Virus record (IMG/VR): IMGVR_UViG_3300045996_001242
Location: 13,645 to 77,644 of that record
Strand: one strand, 5' to 3'
Length of the DNA stretch: 64,000 nucleotides
From: a virus
This document shows, piece by piece, positions 57,104-64,000 of the stretch (position 1 is its first letter; each line of letters starts with the position of its first letter). Made by a program: the position numbers and the translations under genes. The notes beneath the pieces are model-generated. The model saw only the letters and a list, made by a program, of their open reading frames with translations. It had not been told where the DNA came from and searched no databases.

Positions 57104-57910
57104 TTAAGCCGTCACCTCTTGATTTGCGAACTCGATGACGGCCTTGTTCCAGGCGGTCCCCTGGTAATTGACGACGTAGCCCTGGCAATAGGTTCGCCCG
57201 CGCTTGTCGACCTTGTGGGTGAGGTAGAACTCGCCCTCGGTTGCGAGGCCGAGATGGTCCATGACGTCGAAGGCCGTCCGATCGTACTTCTCGAAGGCCT
57301 TGACCCGCTTCTGGTACTCGCTGAGCTCCTCGTCCTCCTTTGGCTTGTCGAGGTTGCGCCAGCGATTCTTGACCGTCTTCGCCACGTCCTGGTTGATGCG
57401 GAACCTGGTCCTGTTCACCTGGTTCAGGGCGTCGAGGCAGATGTCGTCGTCGTGATAGTTGTCGCGCAGGATCGCCGAGTTCCGGCTGGTGTAATAGCCG
57501 GTGTCGTGATTGCTCTCGAGCTCCTTGGGCGGCACCACCATCGGCAGCGGATACTGGTAGCGATCGAGATCCGCTTGGACGTCGGGTGTGATCCCGAACT
57601 TGATGATGAACTGCCGAGTGATCGGCGACCAGTCGACGAGGTCGGCCATGACGGCCTTCACGAGCTCGTCGGCCGTCTTCTGGCAGTCATCGTTGAAGTG
57701 CTTGCGGAGGGTGCCGACGAGCACGGGCAGGATGGCCCGCTTGTGGAGGACCATCTGGACCAGGAGATCCATGCCGAACTCGACGTTGATGTCGCGCTCG
57801 GACATGTACTTGGGGAAATCGAACTCGCAGTCCTCGAACTCCCCCCTGATGCGGGGGAAGAGCTGGTTTTTGTGGAACAGCTTCTCGATCTCGATCTGGA
57901 ACTCGAGCAT
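57104..57910 (-). CDS. RNA polymerase II subunit 1 (N4 gp15-like)
   Basis: YQYPLPMVVPP, HDDDICLD, FYLTHKVDKRGRTYCQGYVVNYQG; AAGGAG RBS. Confidence 0.93.
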   Translation of the reverse strand: MLEFQIEIEKLFHKNQLFPRIRGEFEDCEFDFPKYMSERDINVEFGMDLLVQMVLHKRAILPVLVGTLRKHFNDDCQKTADELVKAVMADLVDWSPITRQFIIKFGITPDVQADLDRYQYPLPMVVPPKELESNHDTGYYTSRNSAILRDNYHDDDICLDALNQVNRTRFRINQDVAKTVKNRWRNLDKPKEDEELSEYQKRVKAFEKYDRTAFDVMDHLGLATEGEFYLTHKVDKRGRTYCQGYVVNYQGTAWNKAVIEFANQEVTA

Positions 57911-58065
57911 CTTTGTCTCCTTCGTTGGCTCAATGGGTATGAGCATCGAGCGCAGTGGCGATGTGGTAGCGGGGAGATGCAAGAAAGGCCGCTGATCTCT
58001 CAGCGACCCGATGATGTGGATGAGCGACAGGCCGAAGCCTAGCGCTCTGAGGATGTGCGGCCAGA

Positions 58066-58476
58066 TCACAGTTTCCCCTCGATGTAGGCTCGCACGTCTG
58101 GATCCTCGATGGCCTCGAAGCCAATTGAGGAACAGATCGCGAGGGGCCCGCCTTCGGCCGGCTCGTCGACCCAGATGAGATCTCCGACGTCCATCGAGCG
58201 GTTGGGTCGGCGCATCAGGATCTTGACCTGCGGGGCGTAGTCCTTGCCGATGTGGACGTCGTTCTGGAGGGCTGTCCAGACCTGCTCGCAGTTATCGGCC
58301 TCGATCTCGGCCATCTTGACGTAAAGGTCCGCCTCCATAGCTGGGTGAAGGTTTCTCTCGCCGATAAATTTGACGTCGAGGTACGCCTTGCCGAGCGGGC
58401 AGTCCCAGCCCTTGGCGTTGATCTCGGCGACCTGCTCGTTGGTGAGCATGAGGTAGAAGACGGTGAACTTGGGCAT
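58066..58476 (-). CDS. Hypothetical protein
   Basis: RSMDVGDLI motif; GGAG RBS. Confidence 0.55.
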   Translation of the reverse strand: MPKFTVFYLMLTNEQVAEINAKGWDCPLGKAYLDVKFIGERNLHPAMEADLYVKMAEIEADNCEQVWTALQNDVHIGKDYAPQVKILMRRPNRSMDVGDLIWVDEPAEGGPLAICSSIGFEAIEDPDVRAYIEGKL

Positions 58477-58638
58477 CTGGATCTCCGGAAATTGAATGGG
58501 AGGGGAGTTGCAGCTCCCCTCCCGTGAGCCATCAGGGCAGAAGGAGTATGCTGCCCCTGACCCTGCGGGTGTTGTTTCTGGCCGTCATGACCGCCCGCTG
58601 CACGACGGGCCGGGACGCCTACTAGATCCCGGCCACCG

Positions 58639-60382
58639 CTACCCCTCGCGGGGAATCGGTTCTGGTCGATAGCGCTTCAGCAGCGCGTGGAGCTTCGGCA
58701 GGGAGAACCCTGGCGAGAGATAGTGCGAGCCATTGGGGCCGAAGCGGACGCCGCCGGTGAGCGTTGGACCAGTGAGGATGTAGGCGTCGAGCTTGTCCCC
58801 ATACTGGATCCAGTAGGCGATCTCGTCGACCATGGTCCAAGGGCTGCGAGGATCGATGGCGCCCATCGTGCAGGAAGCGAGCGCCACGAGCGGCACGTAG
58901 ACGATGTGGTCCTTCCAGGGGTTGTGCTCGTGCCAGTGGGGTGTGGGGACCTCAAGCATCATCGGCTGTCGGCCTGATGACGCCGCTCTCGGCGAGCTCC
59001 TCCTCGACTTCCTTATCCACGGCCTCGTTGAAGGCAGTGGTGAGGACCTCGCGAATGGTGTGGTAGCTCCTCACGTCAGGCCAGAGGTTCTTGTTGACGT
59101 CGAGGATCTCGAGAGCCCTCTCGATTTTGTTGATGTCTGCCATATCTGGCTCCTCAGTGGAGACGGGCCTGGCGAGCTCCGGCGTAGGCGCTGCCGTGCA
59201 ACAGGCCGGTCTGGTAGAAGTTATCGATCGAGGCGATGGTTGCCGGATCTGCCGGGCTCTCGCCGGCAAGGAAGGCAGCCACGTAGTTGACCAGGAGAAC
59301 GCGGCCGAGAGGTGCCTCCTCGAAGCTCACGTGCTTCTCTGAGCCATCGGGATTGGGCTCGGGATGGACAATGAGCTGGCGGCCCATGTCCTCGTGGATC
59401 TTGTCCAGGAGGGCGTTGAGGGCGATCCGGTTGTTGTCGATCGCCTCGAGCAGCACCCGGGATTCTAGCGCCGTCCGTGCTTGTTCGTGGTGCTGGATGC
59501 TCATGGTCATTCGTCCTCAGTGGTGTCGCCGTAGAGGCGAAGGAACATTTCTTCGGTCCCATGATCCTGCTCGAGGGTCACGGATCGCAGATCGGCGACC
59601 TGGTCGATGCCAGTCACATCATTGGTGATCGTGAGCAGGATCGGCGTGTTCCAATTGGCGATCTTGTTGAGTGCCTCGAGGAGCTCTCGGATGGTCATCG
59701 AGTATCTCCGTACTGCACTATGAAGCAGATCTTGGGTTCGCCGAATTGCTCACACGCCCGATTAATGTCTCGGGCGCAGTGCTCGCAATAGAAGGCTCGG
59801 GTTGAAGTGTTGAACCACGTTGCCCCCGGTTTCTGACAGGCTGTCCGGTTGCAATTGCCGTTGAAGATGCCTTTAAGCCTCTGCCGCTCGGCGATGCCAT
59901 TCTTGGCGATCCGCTTGTCGCGGAAGCGATCGTCGAGTCGGCTCATTTGAACTGGATCCTGTCCTGGCGTTTCTCACGCGCAATGGCTGCAGCCTCGTCG
60001 GCTGCAGTGATGGGCACGATCCCCTTGCGGGTAAGGCGCCCGATGAGGCGACCGCCTGGACGTGACACCCGGCGATAGCCATCGGTCGCATCGGCAGCAG
60101 CGATGTGGGCCGAGCGGGCTTCGGCATAGGTAGGCGTCCAGGCAGCGTTCATTTGCTCGATACCTCGAATTGTTGGAAGCCCTCGAAGACAGTCTCGATG
60201 GCTTTGCCGTGGATGGCGGTGATGCGAAAGTTGCGGCCCGGCTCATCGGTGGCGAACCATTTGCCGATGATGTCCCCGACCTGGGGTTCCTTGCCTTCGA
60301 TCAGTACGAGCTCATCGAAGATGAAGGTGTAGGGGTCGCCGGGCTTGAGCTTCTTGCGGCCAGGGGTCTTGTCGAGGATCAT
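58639..60382 (-). CDS. Run of small early hypothetical genes (58639-58962, 58952-59143, 59154-59510, 59507-59698, 59695-59946, 59943-60152, 60149-60382)
   Basis: Mostly overlapping start/stop codons and RBSs; 59695-59946 has a CxxxxC...CxxC Zn-finger pattern. Confidence 0.55.
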
Positions 60383-60960
60383 TTGAGGATGTCCTCCACG
60401 ATCGCCCAGATGTCAGACTCGCTGACGTCGTAGCGGGTGAACTCGTTGTCCGGCTGCTTGCCCAGGGGGACCAGCACACGCGGGGTGATCTGATAGGTCT
60501 GGCCCTTGGTGATGAGTGTCGCCGTAGGCTCGTTGACCATGGTCTCGTGGAAGACGCCGGCCACCGAAAAATAACTGTTGGCCGTCATCTCGGGCGTGAA
60601 CATCTGCACCCGCACGGGCTCGACGCGGATCTGTCGCCCGGTTGGCTCGAGCTTGGTGTCCTCGCCCTGGCGGAAGACGGGCGTGTAGATCTCGAAGTCG
60701 CGCCCTTCCCCCCAGGTCTCGTAGTAGGTGACGTTGACGATCGAGCCACGCAGCACACGACTCGAGAAGTCGAAGCGATGGTCATGGATGGGTGTCGCCG
60801 AGGACTGGCGAGGAATGGCGTGGTGGCCCCAGAAGTGAGCCCGCCGGTCGCCCGGCAGGTCTATCTGGATGAAGCCGTTGCCATGCACCCTGGGGTGCGT
60901 GCCGAAGGCCCGCAGGTAATCGATATCCGGGTTAACCGGCAGCTCGACGTGCTGGTTCAT
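60379..60960 (-). CDS. Cupin-fold-like protein
   Basis: HGNGFIQ, IHDHRFDFSSRVLRG, VFHET. Confidence 0.5.
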   Translation of the reverse strand: MNQHVELPVNPDIDYLRAFGTHPRVHGNGFIQIDLPGDRRAHFWGHHAIPRQSSATPIHDHRFDFSSRVLRGSIVNVTYYETWGEGRDFEIYTPVFRQGEDTKLEPTGRQIRVEPVRVQMFTPEMTANSYFSVAGVFHETMVNEPTATLITKGQTYQITPRVLVPLGKQPDNEFTRYDVSESDIWAIVEDILK

Positions 60961-61223
60961 CAGGAGAGGCCTCCATCCCAATCATGGTCGTCGTCGAACT
61001 CGTCTTCATCGTCGTCGAGGAACTCTTCGTCGTCGTCTGGGTCATCCCAGTCGTCGTCTTCTTCGATCGTGACGTGGTCGACGTCGGCCGAGATCGTCTC
61101 GCAATCGATGGTGTCGCCGCTCTGGGCTTCAGCGATTGCGAGCTCTCGGGCCTGATCTATGTCGTCTGCCTCGACCTTCACGCTCTTGCGGACGGTGACT
61201 TCGATTTGATAGGTGCCCATCAC
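60960..61223 (-). CDS. DpnD/PcfM-like protein with highly acidic tail
   Basis: VKVEADDIDQARELA; C-terminal D/E run. Confidence 0.5.
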   Translation of the reverse strand: MMGTYQIEVTVRKSVKVEADDIDQARELAIAEAQSGDTIDCETISADVDHVTIEEDDDWDDPDDDEEFLDDDEDEFDDDHDWDGGLS

Positions 61224-61540
61224 GCAGCCTTTCTTGCCGGCGCAGGAGCTGGGAGCCCGAGGCGAGTTGCATCTTTGCCCATCAGCATCTTGAAGTTGGG
61301 ACCATCGCCGACAGCGAGAGCTCCGGTAGGCGTGCGCCAGAGGCTGTCGCCGTCCCAGGCTAGGGTGTCGATGCGGATCTTCGAGGATGAGGTGCTGCCA
61401 TCGTACATCAGCTTGACAAAGCCGCCGGCGACCTTCGCGTAGAGAAGGCCGTTGCGGGTGTACAGGTCCACTTGCTGGTAGAGCCCGCCTGAGCGTGACA
61501 GGACAGCAGCCTCACCCTCGATCTTCTGAAACAGCCCCAT
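61220..61540 (-). CDS. Hypothetical protein
   Basis: AAGGAG RBS; GLYQQVDLYTRNGLLYAKVAGGFVKL. Confidence 0.55.
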   Translation of the reverse strand: MGLFQKIEGEAAVLSRSGGLYQQVDLYTRNGLLYAKVAGGFVKLMYDGSTSSSKIRIDTLAWDGDSLWRTPTGALAVGDGPNFKMLMGKDATRLGLPAPAPARKAA

Positions 61541-62141
61541 GGCTGATTGTCTCCTTCTTGAACTGGTTCTGGATCCGATCGATCTCGAGCACGAGCATCT
61601 CGAGCTCAGTGGCATTGGTGGCCGTGCCGAGGTTGATGATCGGGATGCCGCAGGCGTGGGCGATACGCAGTGCCTGCCCGGTGCCGCCTATCGTCTGACC
61701 GTTCTCGGTCCAGCAAACCGCGAACTTGGATGGTACGACCTTGTCACCGCAGAGTTCTTTGCAGCCGATGAACTGCCGCACGTTGCGCTGATGGAGGAGC
61801 TTGGCCGAGGGTGAGCAGCGATCCCAGGCTGGGTGCAGCTCCGCGGAGAGACGCATCTCCTGGTCGGTGAAGGGAATGTTGCGCGGATGGAGCGTCGAGG
61901 GATGGTTGTTGAAGCCCACCCACGGCAGGTAGATCTCCTTCCAGTGACGCTTGCCCTGGCTGATGGTCACGGCCAGCTGGGCATCGACCCCATCTTCGAA
62001 GGCGGTGTCGGCGCCAGGTGCAGCTCCGGATCTCAGCACCCATCCCTGCTCGCAGAGGTAGGCGCCGATGTCGCGCATGATGTTCTGGATGTGGGTTGGG
62101 GTCTTCCGGGCACCGATGCCGGCGTAGGCGAGATAGGTCAC
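61512..62141 (-). CDS. SLOG/DprA-like Rossmann-fold protein
   Basis: YAGIGARKTP, LRSGAAPGADTAFE, GGTGQALRIA. Confidence 0.75.
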   Translation of the reverse strand: MTYLAYAGIGARKTPTHIQNIMRDIGAYLCEQGWVLRSGAAPGADTAFEDGVDAQLAVTISQGKRHWKEIYLPWVGFNNHPSTLHPRNIPFTDQEMRLSAELHPAWDRCSPSAKLLHQRNVRQFIGCKELCGDKVVPSKFAVCWTENGQTIGGTGQALRIAHACGIPIINLGTATNATELEMLVLEIDRIQNQFKKETISHGAVSEDRG

Positions 62142-62422
62142 TGCTTGTTCTCCTCGAGAGCCTTGATGGTGCGCGGGATCGCGATGCAGGTGTCGTTGAG
62201 CTTCGCGAAGTCCTGGAAGGCGATGAGCATGACGCCAGGCATCATCGCGTCGATGATCTCGGCCGCGTCCTTGAGCACCTGGATCGCCTGGTCGACCAGG
62301 TCAGCCCGGACATAGGCGACGTCCTCATCGTTGATGCGCTCGTCGCACCAGGTATGGCCGCCTTCGCTGGTCTCGAAGAGCTGCAGGTAGATGCGTTCGG
62401 AGGTCTCTTCCTCGCGTGCCAT
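62138..62422 (-). CDS. Hypothetical protein
   Basis: ERIYLQ...TWCDERINDEDVAYVRADL; GGGAG RBS. Confidence 0.55.
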   Translation of the reverse strand: MAREEETSERIYLQLFETSEGGHTWCDERINDEDVAYVRADLVDQAIQVLKDAAEIIDAMMPGVMLIAFQDFAKLNDTCIAIPRTIKALEENKQ

Positions 62423-63012
62423 AAGCTTCAGGCTCCCTCTAGCCGATTATGAAGAAAATGTCGGATTGGTTTTTAGAAAGTAGGATGGTGAGTTGAACTC
62501 GTCCTACTTTTGGCTCCTTGGTTCGCTCAACCTAATTCGAAGTTCCCTTGCCCATCGACCGAGCCCAAAATCGGAGGAGATGCGTCGAGGCAGCGTCGTT
62601 CAAACCTCGGGCATCTCCTCCAAGTAGGGAGTCGACAGGAAGCTGGTTACGCCAGCCAGGCGGATGCTCTATGCGCTGGAGCATCAATCGCACGGCCCCC
62701 TGTAACACTGGGAAGCATGGCGCCAAGTTTCGGTCGTGGGAGACCCGCGTTCAGCGAACGATTATCGAGCACTAGGCCGTGTATTCGGTAATAGCCTTGG
62801 CCGATGGAGATGGGTTTATCTCAGTGGTTTGCGCCTGAATATGGGGATAATCCCCAAAATGTTGTGAGGGCGCTATGGCCGTAATTAGATTCGCATTCCT
62901 GGCTCCTGGGTCGCAGGGCGTCGTCGAGCGCTCCAGTGGCTCTCAGACCATCGAAAAAGACAATGCATGAGGACACCAGGCTAATGCCCAGTGTCCCCAC
63001 GCGAATGTGCCG

Positions 63013-63450
63013 TTAGCTGGCGGCGACGAGATCGTCCTCCGGCTCTTCGGCGAGCAGCGAACGAGCGTCGATGACGAACTCGTTCTCGTCCCGGCTGACC
63101 TCGACCGGCGTATGGACGCGGCGCAGACGGACCTCGAGGTTGAGCGTGCGCTCCTCACCCGGCTGGAACTTGAAGCCCAGCTTCTGGAGGGCGGCGAGCA
63201 GCTCGTTCTCGGCCGCAACCTGCTTGGCGAACTCAGGGTTCTGGCCACGCATCTCACGCGGATACATGGTGTCGATGCCCTGGCCGAGCGGCAGCTTGAT
63301 GAAGGTCCCGTTGACGGTCCGGCCGACATCCAGCCACAGCTGGCTCTTCGGCTTGTCGCCATTCGGGGTATTCTGGCCGGCGAACGGCGTGCTGCGACGG
63401 CCGTTCTGGGGCTGGGTATTCTGCTGGTTGAAGTCGATCGTAACGCCCAT
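63013..63450 (-). CDS. N4 gp2-like ssDNA-binding RNAPII activator
   Basis: KSQLWLDVG...FIKLPLGQGIDTM...LQKLGFKFQPGEE..LEVRLRRV. Confidence 0.75.
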   Translation of the reverse strand: MGVTIDFNQQNTQPQNGRRSTPFAGQNTPNGDKPKSQLWLDVGRTVNGTFIKLPLGQGIDTMYPREMRGQNPEFAKQVAAENELLAALQKLGFKFQPGEERTLNLEVRLRRVHTPVEVSRDENEFVIDARSLLAEEPEDDLVAAS

Positions 63451-63524
63451 GGTGTGGTAGCTCCTGTGGTGGCGTGTTGGATGGATCTGAGGCGTCGAAG
63501 CGCCCCAGCAAAGCGAATTGTGGG

Positions 63525-63829
63525 TTAGCCGTGGACTAGGCGCCGAAGACGGGCTTGGCGTTCTTTGCGACGGCGGTTGTTCCAACGCTCACGTTTAGCG
63601 TCGGCGTTGATGTAGCTCACGATCCCGATGACGGCCGCGGTGAGGACGCAGCCGATCAGGAACGCAGTGAAGGTCCAGACGAAGAGGACTGGAACATCGG
63701 CGATGATGCTCATGATGCCTGGTTCTCCTGGATCTGGGCCAGCACTGCGTCGCCGACCCATACCGCCGAAGCGATGATGCCGAGCGAGAGTGCAAGTGCG
63801 ACAAGGATGTAGCGCAGGTTACCAGACAT
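63525..63829 (-). CDS. Two small early membrane proteins (63525-63713, 63710-63829)
   Basis: Hydrophobic segments and ATGA overlap. Confidence 0.45.
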
Positions 63830-64000
63830 GGCCTGCGTCCCTGATCTGGCGATCGTCGTCCACGAGCTCGAGGCCGTGGAAGTCGTTGAGCTCATCAGCC
63901 CGGAACGCGTCCCAGTCCTCTTCGAGGATGAGCTCGTCGGGATCAGAGACAACGGCGACCTCGGACACGGCGGCAACAAGCGCTGCGATTGCGATAGAGC

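Noticed and set aside
57911-58069. 53-aa N-terminal extension of RNAP1 from a GTG overlapping the upstream stop
   Set aside because: A strong AAGGAG RBS precedes the ATG at 57910, and the resulting size matches N4 gp15-like subunits. The extension is unsupported.

Overview
The window is a 64-kb piece of a GC-rich N4-like phage (Schitoviridae-type gene order) that probably infects an alphaproteobacterium (Rhizobiales-like, inferred from a GcrA homolog, the integrase/excisionase type and the tRNA att sequence). Positions 1-27.9 kb (+) hold the late block: tail fibre-like genes, a lysis cassette, a metallophosphoesterase, portal, scaffold, major capsid, N4 gp55-gp51-like genes and a 3583-aa virion RNA polymerase. 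Positions 28.3-64 kb (-) hold the early/middle block: a gp2-like activator, two-subunit RNAPII, a decoration protein, an AAA/vWA pair, helicase, family A DNA polymerase, primase, SSB, resolvase and dUTPase. Unusual for an N4-like phage, it carries a lysogeny module: a tyrosine integrase, an overlapping excisionase and an intact attP made of the 3' half of a tRNA(CAT), with paired arm repeats. It also encodes H-NS, GcrA and RtcB homologs, an 85-nt non-canonical tRNA-Tyr-like cloverleaf (8/4 fold, no TTC loop) and several long, strongly structured intergenic elements that look like ncRNAs. All protein family calls come from motif recognition and synteny by eye; no database searches were run.
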